Part shown: positions 19,848 to 30,907 of the stretch, one piece after another
Position numbering within the stretch: the first letter of the stretch is position 1
Layout of the letters: every line of letters starts with the position of its first letter
NCBI GenBank assembly: GCA_039794005.1
Contig: JBAMMA010000019.1
Span: 12,462 to 76,461, forward strand
Length of the DNA: 64,000 nucleotides
Direction: 5' to 3'
DNA from: Thermoplasmata archaeon
GTDB taxonomy: Archaea; Thermoplasmatota; Thermoplasmata; Thermoplasmatales; ARK-15
Made by a program: the position numbers and the translations under genes
The notes under the pieces: generated by a model
What the model was told of the DNA's origin: nothing
What the model saw: only the letters and a program-made list of their open reading frames with translations
Database searches by the model: none

Positions 19848-20174
19848 TTATTTTAAAAGTTGTGATATCAATAATTTATCAGATAGACTGGCCTTTACCC
19901 TGAATCTTTTCAATATATATGCACTCAGCGCATCCGTTTTTCCTTCTATTATTTCATTAAATGTGTTTGTATCAATGTATACTTCGATGTCATAACTTCC
20001 AATGTAATCTTTTAATTCTTCTATATGCGCGTCCCTTAATTCAAAGGAATATTTCCCATCATCAACAAATTCTACCAAAATTTTCCTATCCAAATTTTCT
20101 ATCTCCTTCCTAAATTTATTATCCCTTTCAGCCCTTTCATTGAATTTTTTAACCAGCTCATATAATTTTTCCAT
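19848..20174 (-). CDS. SCP2 sterol/lipid-binding domain protein
   Basis: C-terminal pattern TF.EI.EG..DALSAY....FRVKA resembles SCP2; ATG at 20174 with SD GGTGA. Confidence 0.65.
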   Translation of the reverse strand: MEKLYELVKKFNERAERDNKFRKEIENLDRKILVEFVDDGKYSFELRDAHIEELKDYIGSYDIEVYIDTNTFNEIIEGKTDALSAYILKRFRVKASLSDKLLISQLLK

Positions 20175-20176
20175 AT

Positions 20177-20809
20177 TCAATCACCATATTCTTCAATATA
20201 TTTATTGATATTTTTAATTGTTTTCCAAGATTTCCTTGTGAATGGGGGATATTTACCATTTTTTTCAATATAATCCCTTATAAATTTTCTAGTCCTTGGG
20301 TCTGATGGATATCCAGAACCGAAATCTCCTATTTGTTTTTTTATGTTTTCAATTTCTCTATCCCTGGTTACCTTTGCAATGATTGAAGCTGCAGAAACAA
20401 TTGGATAATCACTATCTGCCTTGTGTTTTGAGATGATTTTTACATCCTTGTTTAAATTTTTTCTTATCATCTCTTCAAATCTTTCTTCTGATACATCTGC
20501 AGCATCCAATATGAATACATCTCCCTCCAATGAATTAATAATTTCTGAAAAATATTTTTCTTCTATTTCATTAATGTTCATCTTTTCTCTCAAAGAATCT
20601 ATTTCCTCAGGCCAGATCTCAATGCATTTATAAGATTTAACAATTTTTAATATTTCATCATAAAGATATTCCCTTCTTTTCGGGGATAATTTTTTTGAAT
20701 CTTTTACGCCTATTTCTTTTAATAAATCTGGGTCGCCACAAACACCACAAATAACAAGAGGACCTATTACCGGTCCCCTTCCGGCCTCATCGATTCCGCA
20801 TTCAATCAT
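20177..20809 (-). CDS. rnhB: Ribonuclease HII
   Basis: GIDEAGRGPVIGP, VKDSKKL, VSAASIIAKV.RD, GSGYPSD. Confidence 0.97.
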   Translation of the reverse strand: MIECGIDEAGRGPVIGPLVICGVCGDPDLLKEIGVKDSKKLSPKRREYLYDEILKIVKSYKCIEIWPEEIDSLREKMNINEIEEKYFSEIINSLEGDVFILDAADVSEERFEEMIRKNLNKDVKIISKHKADSDYPIVSAASIIAKVTRDREIENIKKQIGDFGSGYPSDPRTRKFIRDYIEKNGKYPPFTRKSWKTIKNINKYIEEYGD

Positions 20810-21203
20810 TCTTTTTATTTTTTACTTCTTTTTCAACGTCTTCCAATACGTAACTCAATACTATTTCTGCCCTCGGATACATCTCCTCTTCAGATAGATT
20901 TTCATCCTCATAATATTCGTCCAATGTTTCAACTATTGCCTTTATTGCTACATCATCAATCTCTTCTGAATCTGACATATTTTTAATTGTTTTCTCTATT
21001 ATCTTGTCCAAAAATTCTTCCTTTATCTGGAATTCTTCATCCTCGTTTTCATCAAAAATTCCGTGTCTTTCCATATCTTTTAAAAATGCCAATGTAAATT
21101 CTGCCAAGAGATTTTCCAAAAATTCCTGATATTCTTCCTCCTCTGAAATCTCGTCCTCTTCTTTCTTCTTTTTCCTGGGTGATTTAGATTTTTTATTTAC
21201 CAT
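20802..21203 (-). CDS. Hypothetical protein with basic N-terminus and highly acidic body
   Basis: ORF overlapping the rnhB start; KKSKSPRKKKK followed by an E/D-rich sequence. Confidence 0.75.
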   Translation of the reverse strand: MVNKKSKSPRKKKKEEDEISEEEEYQEFLENLLAEFTLAFLKDMERHGIFDENEDEEFQIKEEFLDKIIEKTIKNMSDSEEIDDVAIKAIVETLDEYYEDENLSEEEMYPRAEIVLSYVLEDVEKEVKNKKND

Positions 21204-21248
21204 AATTCATTTAACTTAACAGTGTTTATAAACTTTCCTATTTTTAAT

Positions 21249-21938
21249 TTATCTGTCTCGAGATTCTTTATAAACAAAGTTCTTTAATTCATTTAAAATT
21301 GATAACATCATCTCTTCATTTATCCTACCAACATTAACATTCCTGGGGCTAGGATGATATGAACAGAATATCCTTATGTTACCAACATCACAATGTTTTC
21401 CGTGGGAAAAATCAATTCCCTTAGTATTGTATCCAAGTTCTTTCAATGCTTTTAAAAGAGATTCAAATGCTACCCTACCTAAAACAAGAATGGCCCTCAA
21501 ATTTTTCATCAAGGCAATCTCATTTATCAAATATTCACGGCAATTGTCCAATTCAGAATTTAAGGGTCTGTCATTTGGTGGAACACATTTTAAAACAGCA
21601 GTTACATATGAATCGTAATATATTAAATTATCATCTCTTCTTTCAGATGTGGGCTGATTGGTAAATCCAGCGAGATATAGACATTTTACAAGGAATTTTG
21701 CACTCTTATCACCTGTGAAAATTCTACCTGTTCTATTCCCACCTGTTGCAGCAGGTGCCAAACCGAGTATTAAAATTTTTCCAGATATATCTCCATAACC
21801 CGGAACTGGTCTGCTCCAATATTCTTCACCATAAAACCTATTTTTCCTTTTTGATACCTCAACTCTGAATTTAACAAGCCTTGGACATTTTGAACATTTA
21901 ATGATTTCTTCATTCAATTTTTCAATATTATCAATCAT
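21249..21938 (-). CDS. Uracil-DNA glycosylase, family 5 (4Fe-4S)
   Basis: CSKCPRL, PVPGYGD, GLAPAATGGNRTGRIFTGD, KCVPP, YHPSPRN. Confidence 0.92.
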   Translation of the reverse strand: MIDNIEKLNEEIIKCSKCPRLVKFRVEVSKRKNRFYGEEYWSRPVPGYGDISGKILILGLAPAATGGNRTGRIFTGDKSAKFLVKCLYLAGFTNQPTSERRDDNLIYYDSYVTAVLKCVPPNDRPLNSELDNCREYLINEIALMKNLRAILVLGRVAFESLLKALKELGYNTKGIDFSHGKHCDVGNIRIFCSYHPSPRNVNVGRINEEMMLSILNELKNFVYKESRDR

Positions 21939-23896
21939 ATCAATCTAATTGTCTCTAGATTTTTAGGAGATATAGATTTAAAACCATATCTTTTTTCGAA
22001 TGTCTCTGACAAATATATACAATTGCTTTCCTCACCATGGTTTGTTATTATTATGTTTGGTTTAGGTTTCATTGATGTTATATATTGTATCAGCTGTTTT
22101 CTATCAGAATGTCCTGAAAATCCATCTATAGTTATTACTTCCATCTTAATTTCTAGGTTTACCATTTGACCATCATGAACCAATGTAATATTTTTTTCTC
22201 CACTCTGTATTCTTTTTCCCAAGGTACCTTCAGCTTGATATCCGACAAATATTAATGCATTTTTTGGATCTTCGGCTAAATAGTAAAAATATTCTAAAAC
22301 TGGTCCACCATTCATCATACCTGAGGTTGTCAATATTATAGATGGATTTGGATCATGTATGACTTTGTCCCTCATCTCCGATGTATCTACCCTTACAAAA
22401 ATTTGGGACAGAAATGGATTTTCATTTTTCTTGTATATCTTCTCCCTCAATTCTTTTGCCAGATATTCTGGATATGCTGTATGAATTGCCGTTGCCTCCC
22501 ATATCATACCGTCTATGTAAACGTTTACAGGAGGTATTTGATTTGTTCTTATGTATTCCTCTAAAACAACCATTACCTCCTGGCTTCTCCCCACAGCAAA
22601 AACGGGAATTAATATTTTTCCACCTCTATTAATAACATTGTTAACAACATTCTTTAAATTTTCACTTGCCTCCTGCCTGGATGGCTGGAAATTATTTTTA
22701 CCTCCGTATGTTGATTCAATAATAACTGCTTCAACCCTGGGAAATTTATTATTTGCAGCGTTAAATAACCATGTCTTTTCAAATTTAATATCACCGGTCA
22801 ATACTAAATTGAACAAACCATCTCCAACATGAATGTGAACAACTGAAGAACCCAAAATGTGTCCGGCGTTGTGAAATGTCAACCTCATGTCAGGTGTTAT
22901 ATCTGTTGTTTCACCATATTCGACTGTTATTGTTCTTTTAAGCATTTCCCTGATGTGAATGTATTCATATGGTACCTTGGTTCCTTCCGAATGTGATAAT
23001 TTCAAATAATCCATCAATAGTTGAACTGTTAAATCCCTTGTTGGGGGTGTCATGTAAACTGGTCCCTTAAAATTGTATTTGTATAATAAAGGTATTAATC
23101 CAGAATGATCTAAATGTGCATGTGTAAGTATAACTGCATCTAAATATTTAAATGGATTATTTTCAGTCTCAAATGCATCTTGTGACCATATTTCTGGTAC
23201 CGATAAATAAGGTGCACCTGACCAGGGTTCTTTGCTTTGCACATTTCCGGCTACAACACCGCAATCTACTAAAACTCTGCTGTTTCTTGTCATTAATAAT
23301 GTTGCGGATCTCCCCACCTCTCTATATCCGCCTAATGATACTATTCTAAACCAATTTTCCCCGGTCAAAATTGGCCTATTCAACTTTCTACCTACCTCTC
23401 TTAAAAATTCTCTTCTCTCATTGCTTGATTCCTTTAAAAATTCTCTTATTTCACTTATAATTTTTGAGGACATTGGTGGAGTTCTAATTACTTTTGGTGC
23501 CCATTTTATCCTTTTTTTAATTTCATTTAAAAATTGACCTTCCTTTCCAATAATTAATCCTGGAGCCTCGGCTACAATTGTAACTTCACATGTTTCTGGC
23601 TCAAAATATATCTCGGTAATACCTGCTTCAGGAGGGACCATTTCCATTATTATTCTTTTAGATTCCTCTTCATCCAAAAGGATAGATGGATCTGGCCTTA
23701 CAGATATCCTCCTTTTTATTTTCTGTGCTATCTGCTTTATAATCTGTGGATTTTCTGTGAAATAATCAATGTCTTTTGTATAAATTACAATAAGTGATGC
23801 TTCAAAATCGATGTTTGTTATCGATACATTACCTGCAATTTCCTTTACAGCATCTTTGACTTGCTTTAATATATCTTCCCAGACTTCATTAGACAT
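21935..23896 (-). CDS. fttA: Beta-CASP ribonuclease aCPSF1 / termination factor FttA
   Basis: N-terminal KH domains (PGLIIGKEG), GGYREVGRS, THAHLDH, AGHILGS, FSGHSD; adjacent to proteasome beta. Confidence 0.95.
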   Translation of the reverse strand: MSNEVWEDILKQVKDAVKEIAGNVSITNIDFEASLIVIYTKDIDYFTENPQIIKQIAQKIKRRISVRPDPSILLDEEESKRIIMEMVPPEAGITEIYFEPETCEVTIVAEAPGLIIGKEGQFLNEIKKRIKWAPKVIRTPPMSSKIISEIREFLKESSNERREFLREVGRKLNRPILTGENWFRIVSLGGYREVGRSATLLMTRNSRVLVDCGVVAGNVQSKEPWSGAPYLSVPEIWSQDAFETENNPFKYLDAVILTHAHLDHSGLIPLLYKYNFKGPVYMTPPTRDLTVQLLMDYLKLSHSEGTKVPYEYIHIREMLKRTITVEYGETTDITPDMRLTFHNAGHILGSSVVHIHVGDGLFNLVLTGDIKFEKTWLFNAANNKFPRVEAVIIESTYGGKNNFQPSRQEASENLKNVVNNVINRGGKILIPVFAVGRSQEVMVVLEEYIRTNQIPPVNVYIDGMIWEATAIHTAYPEYLAKELREKIYKKNENPFLSQIFVRVDTSEMRDKVIHDPNPSIILTTSGMMNGGPVLEYFYYLAEDPKNALIFVGYQAEGTLGKRIQSGEKNITLVHDGQMVNLEIKMEVITIDGFSGHSDRKQLIQYITSMKPKPNIIITNHGEESNCIYLSETFEKRYGFKSISPKNLETIRLI

Positions 23897-23942
23897 AAAA
23901 GACGCCTTCAAAAAATTTTTTAAAAATGTTATTTAATAAAAT

Positions 23943-24581
23943 TTAAGGAAGTATTTTAAGTTTTTTCATTCTCTTCTTTATTTCCTCATCATCTATTTTT
24001 ATAAATCCATCCTTTTCTGTTATTGTTGCAACATCTATACCATCGCCTGAGGCAGAATCCCTCCTCATTGCAGCATTAATGGCCCTTATTGCAAGGTTTA
24101 TTCCATCGTCCAGTGTCAAATCATCGTGATAAGAATCTTCTAGAACTCCATATACAAACAGGGATCCTGAACCTGCACTTACATATTTATCTTCAATTGC
24201 ACCACCGGCGGCATCAATACCATAAACATGATATCCTGTTGAATCCCAACCCCCTATTATTAAACTAACATAATAGGGCATATACTTTGTCTCATTCAAA
24301 ATATTTGATATCATGGTTGTGGCGGCTTTAATACTCATATATTTTTTATTTTTTAGTCTATACAGTGTAGCCTCTGCTCTTAAATATCTTACCAATAACT
24401 GAAGATCTCCTACCAAACCTGCTGTTGTCATACCAATGTATTTGTCTATCTCATATAGCTTCTGTGCAACCTTATGTGCTATAAAATAATCCATTGTAGC
24501 TCTTCTTTCAGTAGCTAATATTAAACCTTCCTTTGTAATAAAACCCACAGTTGTAGTGCCAGTACTAAGCTTTGATTCCAT
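23943..24581 (-). CDS. psmB: Proteasome beta subunit
   Basis: Short propeptide then G|TTTVG, GSGS, RDSASG; ATG at 24581 with SD GGTGA. Confidence 0.96.
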   Translation of the reverse strand: MESKLSTGTTTVGFITKEGLILATERRATMDYFIAHKVAQKLYEIDKYIGMTTAGLVGDLQLLVRYLRAEATLYRLKNKKYMSIKAATTMISNILNETKYMPYYVSLIIGGWDSTGYHVYGIDAAGGAIEDKYVSAGSGSLFVYGVLEDSYHDDLTLDDGINLAIRAINAAMRRDSASGDGIDVATITEKDGFIKIDDEEIKKRMKKLKILP

Positions 24582-24659
24582 TAAAATCACCTTATATTCA
24601 ATTAATAATAATTAATATTTATAACTTTGCTGAAGAAAAAATAAAAAAATTTAAAGGAT

Positions 24660-25910
24660 TTATACCCAGCCCCTTGCTTTTACAGCATCCGCAACTCTCT
24701 TTATTGATACTATATATGCTGCAGTCCTTGGGCAGACTTTATATTTCTCCTGCGTTTCCATTACGTCCCAGAATGCCTTCGTCATTTTCTTGTCCAATTT
24801 TTCATATACCTCTTCAGCTGTCCAGTAATATCCATTTATGTTCTGTACCCATTCAAAGTATGAAACGGTAACTCCTCCTGCATTCGCAAGGAAGTCTGGA
24901 AGATCCAGTATTCCTTTCTTGTACAATATTATATCTGCCTCAGGTGTTGTAGGACCATTTGCCAATTCTAATACGATCTTTGCCTTTATATTATCCGCAT
25001 TCTTCTCAGTTATTTGGTTTTCCAATGCTGCTGGGATCAATACATCCACATTTAACTCTAAAAGTTCTGCATTTGTAATATTCTTTGCACCTGGGAAATT
25101 TATTACAGAACCCGTCTTCTCTTTATGATTCAATACTTCCTCAAACTTTAATCCATCAGGATTGTAAATTCCTCCTTTTGAATCGCTCACTGCAACGATC
25201 TTTGAACCAAACATTTCTGTAACTAATTTGTGTGCATATTGTCCTGCATTTCCAAATCCCTGGATTGCAACAGTTGCCTTTGAGAGGTCCAATTTAATCT
25301 TCTTCGCTGCTTCCCTCAATACATACATGCCTCCCCTTGCAGTAGCATCTCCCCTTCCTAGAGATCCACCAACCTCTATTGGTTTTCCTGTGATTACTCC
25401 AGGTGCATTGTATCCAACAATCTTTGAATACTCATCCATCATCCATGCCATGATTTCTGGTGTTGTATATACATCTGGCGCTGGAATATCTCTCTCTGGA
25501 CCTATGAATTTAGCTATGGCCCTAATATATCCCCTTGAAAGTCTTTCCAATTCACCTTTACTCATATTCTTTGGATCGCATATAATTCCTCCCTTTGCTC
25601 CACCATATGGGAGGTCCACTACTGCAGTTTTCCATGTCATCCATGCTGCTAAGGCCTTGACTGTATCCAATGTCTCTTGTGGATGATACCTAATACCACC
25701 CTTTGTTGGTCCCTTTGCATCGTTATATTGAACCCTAAATCCCTTGAATACTTTTGTTGTTCCATCATCCATTTTAACTGGAATCGTTACTTCCAAGACC
25801 CTCATTGGTTCCCTCAAAAACTGGTGTATCTGTGGGTCAAGACCCATTATTTTTGCAGCCCTGTCAAGCTGTTCCTGTGCTATTTTGAACGGATTTAATT
25901 CCTCAGCCAT
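24660..25910 (-). CDS. gdhA: Glutamate dehydrogenase
   Basis: [42 protein letters not shown]; likely start MAEELN. Confidence 0.96.
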   Translation of the reverse strand: MAEELNPFKIAQEQLDRAAKIMGLDPQIHQFLREPMRVLEVTIPVKMDDGTTKVFKGFRVQYNDAKGPTKGGIRYHPQETLDTVKALAAWMTWKTAVVDLPYGGAKGGIICDPKNMSKGELERLSRGYIRAIAKFIGPERDIPAPDVYTTPEIMAWMMDEYSKIVGYNAPGVITGKPIEVGGSLGRGDATARGGMYVLREAAKKIKLDLSKATVAIQGFGNAGQYAHKLVTEMFGSKIVAVSDSKGGIYNPDGLKFEEVLNHKEKTGSVINFPGAKNITNAELLELNVDVLIPAALENQITEKNADNIKAKIVLELANGPTTPEADIILYKKGILDLPDFLANAGGVTVSYFEWVQNINGYYWTAEEVYEKLDKKMTKAFWDVMETQEKYKVCPRTAAYIVSIKRVADAVKARGWV

Positions 25911-26031
25911 TTTTTCACCTCTACCGAGGATAAGATAATGCATATAGTTATATATACTATTTCAGACATATGTTATCAAATAGCATACTGAAGTGTAAAT
26001 GATTTATAGGACAATTTTTTAATTGTAATTG

Positions 26032-26550
26032 ATGGATGTTAAGAATATTGTAGAATCAGTTTTATTTGCATCTGAAGAACCATTGAAAATTTCAGATATT
26101 TCAGAGAGATTGAATATACCGAAAGAAGAAGTGAGAAAAGCAATTAATGAATTAAGAAAGGAATACAATGAAAGAAATAGCTCAATTGAAATAGCCAAAA
26201 TAGGACAAAAGTATGTTATGCAATTAAAGGAAGAATATTTAGAATTTGGATATAGATTTTCAAAACCGGAAATCGATAAAGATATATTAAAAACACTGGC
26301 CTTAATTGCATATCTACAACCCGTAAAGGTTTCTGAACTCAGAAAATATGTTGGGGAAAAGATAAATGAACATATAAAATTCTTGAAAAATAAAAGACTT
26401 ATTTATTCAAGAAAACAAGGAAATAGCATGATTTTAGGAATAACTAAATATTTCATTTTGTATTTTGGTATAGATGCAACCAACCCGAATAGTATAAAGG
26501 AGTATTTAATTAATAAATTAAACATTAATCTGGGAGATGATAAAAAATGA
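26032..26550 (+). CDS. scpB: SMC-Scp complex subunit ScpB
   Basis: VESVLFAS.EPL, LKTLALIAYLQPV, T..F..YFG. Confidence 0.9.
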   Translation: MDVKNIVESVLFASEEPLKISDISERLNIPKEEVRKAINELRKEYNERNSSIEIAKIGQKYVMQLKEEYLEFGYRFSKPEIDKDILKTLALIAYLQPVKVSELRKYVGEKINEHIKFLKNKRLIYSRKQGNSMILGITKYFILYFGIDATNPNSIKEYLINKLNINLGDDKK

Positions 26551-27875
26551 ATATTTTGCTTATCGGCGGTGGAGCCAGAGAAAATATAATAGGTGAAAAA
26601 ATAGTTGAGAGTGGTGGGAACATATATACAGTTATGGGAAACTTAAATCCAGGATTAAAAAATCTCAGCAAGGAATATTTGATTGAGAAGGAAACAAATA
26701 TAGACAAAATTTTAAACTGGGAACCGGTAAAAAATAGGAAAGTTGATATTGCAATAGTAGGGCCGGAGGCGCCTTTGGAGTTGGGAATTGTAGAAAAATT
26801 GGACACTTTAGGAATTGAAACGGCCTCTCCGAATTCTGTAGCTGCGGAAATTGAAACGAATAAGAAATTTATGAGGGAAATCATGGAAAAATACAATATT
26901 CCAGGAAACTTGAGATATTATTATTTCACAGAATTTGCCTCAGTTAAAAGATTCATAAAAAATATTGATTTTCCATTTGTTATAAAACCCGTTGGATTAA
27001 CGGGCGGAAAGGGTGTCTGGGTCCAAGGAGACCATTTTCAAACAAAGGAGGAGGCAATTGATTATTGTGAAAGGATAATAAAGGAAAATATTGGTGGTGG
27101 AAAAGGTGTTTTAATAGAGGAAAAAATTGAGGGTGAAGAATATAGCCTCCAAGCATTTACAGATGGTAAAAATTTAATTCCTATGCCTCTGGTTCAAGAT
27201 TTTAAGAGGGCTTATGAAGGGGATAAAGGCCCTAATACAGGGGGTATGGGATCATATTCAATGTCAAACCATCTACTTCCCTTTATAACAATAGATGATT
27301 ACAACTTTTCTTTGAACATACTTCAACAGATAATTGATGCCTTGAGAAAAGAAGGCAGATACTATAAAGGTGTTATTTATGGCCAATTCATGATTACTAA
27401 AACTGGCCCTAAAATCGTTGAAATAAATGCAAGGTTTGGTGATCCAGAAGCTATGAACGTATTATCACTTCTGAAAGGAAATTTTGTTGATATAATATAT
27501 GACATGACAAGAGGGAGATTGAGACAAAATTTCTACTTTGAACATCTTTCCACCTTGGTAAAATATATTGTGCCAATAGGATATGGAACTAACCCAAAGG
27601 AAAATCAAGAAATAAATATAGATATAAATAAAATAAGGGAAACTGGAGCCAGAGTATATTTTGGCTCTGTAAATGCTGTAGATAATAAAATATTAACAAC
27701 TCATTCCAGATCAATTGCTATAGTAACTAAAGCTGAAGATTTAAGTAGTGCTTACACTATAAGTGAGGAAGCACTAAGATATGTTAGTGGAAATATATAC
27801 GTAAGACATGACATTGGACATCCTGAACTGATAGAAAGAAAAATTAATAGGATGAGATCTTTAAGATCAATGTAA
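26547..27875 (+). CDS. purD: Phosphoribosylamine--glycine ligase
   Basis: GGGARE, VGPEAPL, GLTGGKGV, QDFKRAYEGDKGPNTGGMGS, EINARFGDPE. Confidence 0.96.
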   Translation: MNILLIGGGARENIIGEKIVESGGNIYTVMGNLNPGLKNLSKEYLIEKETNIDKILNWEPVKNRKVDIAIVGPEAPLELGIVEKLDTLGIETASPNSVAAEIETNKKFMREIMEKYNIPGNLRYYYFTEFASVKRFIKNIDFPFVIKPVGLTGGKGVWVQGDHFQTKEEAIDYCERIIKENIGGGKGVLIEEKIEGEEYSLQAFTDGKNLIPMPLVQDFKRAYEGDKGPNTGGMGSYSMSNHLLPFITIDDYNFSLNILQQIIDALRKEGRYYKGVIYGQFMITKTGPKIVEINARFGDPEAMNVLSLLKGNFVDIIYDMTRGRLRQNFYFEHLSTLVKYIVPIGYGTNPKENQEINIDINKIRETGARVYFGSVNAVDNKILTTHSRSIAIVTKAEDLSSAYTISEEALRYVSGNIYVRHDIGHPELIERKINRMRSLRSM

Positions 27876-28532
27876 TTTCATGTACATTAATTCATAATTT
27901 ACAATTATTTCATTTGCTACGGTCCATGCCATTAACCTTTGGTTATAGATTGATCTTCTCTCATATTCATTGACATTTGACAAAAATTTTCCTTCTGGAA
28001 ATCCACCTATTAAAATTACAATGTCCTCTTTCAAGAATTCGGATGGTTTAGAGAGGATACCTGTTTCATCCATGACAATAACATTTTCCAAATTTATTTC
28101 ATTTATTAAAGAGAAAATATCTTTTTTCTCAATCCACATCAATGGATTTTCTTTATCAGGGACGTAAGAATTCTGAAATAAAGATTCCATCAATCCAATA
28201 AAGCGGTGGTATGCCTTGGGAATCTTTGTTTCGGGTTTAATTTTTATCACCACATTATTCCTGGTATGAACATAAACACGGAGACGATTTTCGTAGTTTA
28301 ATATGCTCTCCAAGCTGTTTAATAAAAATACGTGAACTATATCCGGTCTACCCCTCCTATTTTCCTGTCCCGGAAAATATTTTCTTATCGCCTGATGGTG
28401 ATATGATGAATCTAAAAGCATATTTCTTGGTTTCTTTCCCCTCTTTTCGGCATGCTTTTTTACAACTGGATGCATCCATAGTTCTTCGGGAATGGTTTCA
28501 AGTTCAGAATCAAAAAGGATTAAATGAAGCAT
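27867..28532 (-). CDS. nep1: 16S rRNA pseudouridine N1-methyltransferase Nep1 (SPOUT)
   Basis: LLDSSYH, RGRPDIVH, VYVHT, IPK.Y.RF.GLME.L, IGGFPEG; likely start MLHLILFDSELE. Confidence 0.9.
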   Translation of the reverse strand: MLHLILFDSELETIPEELWMHPVVKKHAEKRGKKPRNMLLDSSYHHQAIRKYFPGQENRRGRPDIVHVFLLNSLESILNYENRLRVYVHTRNNVVIKIKPETKIPKAYHRFIGLMESLFQNSYVPDKENPLMWIEKKDIFSLINEINLENVIVMDETGILSKPSEFLKEDIVILIGGFPEGKFLSNVNEYERRSIYNQRLMAWTVANEIIVNYELMYMKLH

Positions 28533-28533
28533 A

Positions 28534-28827
28534 TCAACCAAATATTGATCCAAAACCTTCTAGGCTACTTTCATCCTGTTCTTTTATTTTTTTATATATG
28601 CTGTCTATTTCATTTTTTTCAATTTTCACAGAAAATTTTTCACCTATTTCCATGGCTCTTTTTACAGCCTCATCGGATCCTTCAATCAAAATATAAATAT
28701 AATCTGGCTCTAGGTTTAATGAAACTCCTTCTCTCTTTATTATTGTTTGCCTGCTCACCAAATCGTCTTTATATAGATCATCTATTCTTGCCTGATTTTT
28801 CTTTTCAACTTTTAATACAGTATACAT
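28534..28827 (-). CDS. Hypothetical protein
   Basis: Compact ORF abutting nep1 with normal composition (DDLVSRQTI, C-terminal GFGSIFG). Confidence 0.7.
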   Translation of the reverse strand: MYTVLKVEKKNQARIDDLYKDDLVSRQTIIKREGVSLNLEPDYIYILIEGSDEAVKRAMEIGEKFSVKIEKNEIDSIYKKIKEQDESSLEGFGSIFG

Positions 28828-28862
28828 AAAAAACATAAAAATAATTTAAAAGATAAATTTTT

Positions 28863-29114
28863 TTAATACATTGTTAAATTATATTTTTCTTTCAGTTCAA
28901 TGAACCTTTTTCTTGAATCCACCTTTGTTATTTTAGATATTATTTCCATCATTTCCTTCACTGAAGGATCCCACACTTCCCTTGCCAGAACCATCCTTTT
29001 TTCTTCATCATCAAAGTATATATCCTCTCCATATTCTTTAAAACATCTTAATACATGAGCTGCACTTTCCTCGTATTCTTCCATCCTTTCAAATTCTTCT
29101 ATACATTCTTTCAT
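28863..29114 (-). CDS. Hypothetical protein
   Basis: ATGA-coupled to the upstream ORF. Confidence 0.7.
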   Translation of the reverse strand: MKECIEEFERMEEYEESAAHVLRCFKEYGEDIYFDDEEKRMVLAREVWDPSVKEMMEIISKITKVDSRKRFIELKEKYNLTMY

Positions 29115-29476
29115 AAATCATCACACCTCTGCATATTGTAATATGGGTATTCAATATCATATCTATTAATGGCATATTCTACCTTGTGTATTATGGAATA
29201 TGCGAATTTTTTAGGATCTCCGGTCTCTTCCCTATCTTTCATGAATATTTCGGGATATTTCTCTGATAATTCAAGAATCCTTTTCTTGAATTCTTTAATA
29301 GATATTTTATTTTCCAATACTTTGATTATATAATCGGCCAAAAGTAAATATCCATCATATTCTACCTTCCTATGCATTCTTTTTTCAGATAATTTTTTAA
29401 TTGCATTATATGCACTCTTTACATCTCCAAATAGTATATCTGTTAGAAAGATTTCAATGTATATATCCTCAATCAT
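29111..29476 (-). CDS. Hypothetical protein
   Basis: ATGA-coupled to the nuoN stop, SD GGTGA. Confidence 0.7.
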   Translation of the reverse strand: MIEDIYIEIFLTDILFGDVKSAYNAIKKLSEKRMHRKVEYDGYLLLADYIIKVLENKISIKEFKKRILELSEKYPEIFMKDREETGDPKKFAYSIIHKVEYAINRYDIEYPYYNMQRCDDL

Positions 29477-30906
29477 TTTATCACCCCTATGTTGAAAATA
29501 TAGGGTACTAAGATTCCCAATATTATGGATAATATTGCCATGGTGAGAATTATGAATTCCAATACTCTATCATTTTTAATCTCGTTCTTTGGCTCTTTCC
29601 AATACATATACATTACAACTCTGAAATAATAATACACTGATATTGCTGAATTTATGACACCTATTATGGCAAACCACCAGAAATTATTCACGACGAGCGT
29701 ATAAAATAAATAGAATTTGCCCATGAAACCTAGGGTAGGAGGAATGCCAGCCAATGAGAAAAGCAGTATCGAGAATGATAAAGCAAGTATTGGACTTTTC
29801 TTTGAGAGACCTGATATATTATCAAGAGTTGTCGAAATAGAATATTCTTCAAAATTCTCCATTGCAATAAAAGATCCACCTTTCATTATAACATATGCTA
29901 ATGAAAATATAAATGTAATGATATAAACAGTATTGATGAATGTCTTGTAATTTAAATAATAAAGCAATGAAAATACCATAGCCATATATCCTGCGTTTGC
30001 AATACTGCTATAGGCTAACATTCTCTTTACATCCCTTTGCATTAAGGCCGTAATATTTCCATAAAACATTGTCAGAATAGAAATTACAATGAAAATATAA
30101 TATAAAAGATCATTTGTGGTTTTAATGTTGGAATAACCGTGAAGGTTTAATAACTGAATGTTGAAAAATATATTTATCATAATGATAAGGGCCATAATTT
30201 TGCTGGCAGTGGATAATAATGATGATACGGTAGCTCTAGCACCTGTATATGTATCAATTGCCCAATTGTGGAATGGGAAAAGCGATAACTTAAATCCAAA
30301 ACCAACTAATAACATTAATAATGACAATATATATAAAAATAGGTTATTAATTCCAGTAACGTTGTATAATGATAGAGTATTTGTAGATATGTAATAATAT
30401 GAGATTCCAAGCAATATTATACCGGAAGATAACGCCCCTATAACAAAATACTTTAATGATGCCTCCAAAGTCCTTTTTTCCTTGGGTATACCTGCCAATA
30501 CATAGGTTGTTAGGGATGCAGCCTCAAATGAAACGAACAGAGAAATCAAATTATTTGAGGATATTGCAAAATACATGGCAATCAATGAAAATGGTATTAG
30601 AACGTAATAAATCGAAATATCTTTATTTTGAACATTCCTAAGTGATATCGCTGAAAACAAACCTATAAATGTGAATAATATGAAAAATAGATATGTATAA
30701 TAAGTAAAAATGAAAAATGAGTTTGATGAATAGAAGCTTTTATCATTAGTTAAAACAACATATAAGGATAATATAAATGATATAAAAATTCCAATTGAAG
30801 ATATTGCCATTATGATTTTCTTGTTTACAAAAGGAATTAGAATTAAAGATATGAGCGAAAATACCAACAATATTACAGGTTCCAGATATGGGTAAAAGGT
30901 AGACAT
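29473..30906 (-). CDS. nuoN: Complex I-like subunit N
   Basis: EASLKYF, GFKLSLFPFH.W..D.Y.GA, KRMLAYSSI, SLAGIPP..GF.GK; ATG at 30906. Confidence 0.93.
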   Translation of the reverse strand: MSTFYPYLEPVILLVFSLISLILIPFVNKKIIMAISSIGIFISFILSLYVVLTNDKSFYSSNSFFIFTYYTYLFFILFTFIGLFSAISLRNVQNKDISIYYVLIPFSLIAMYFAISSNNLISLFVSFEAASLTTYVLAGIPKEKRTLEASLKYFVIGALSSGIILLGISYYYISTNTLSLYNVTGINNLFLYILSLLMLLVGFGFKLSLFPFHNWAIDTYTGARATVSSLLSTASKIMALIIMINIFFNIQLLNLHGYSNIKTTNDLLYYIFIVISILTMFYGNITALMQRDVKRMLAYSSIANAGYMAMVFSLLYYLNYKTFINTVYIITFIFSLAYVIMKGGSFIAMENFEEYSISTTLDNISGLSKKSPILALSFSILLFSLAGIPPTLGFMGKFYLFYTLVVNNFWWFAIIGVINSAISVYYYFRVVMYMYWKEPKNEIKNDRVLEFIILTMAILSIILGILVPYIFNIGVIK

Positions 30907-30907
30907 T

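Noticed and set aside
21935-24581. aCPSF1 next to proteasome beta as a novel linkage
   Set aside because: A well-known conserved archaeal gene neighbourhood
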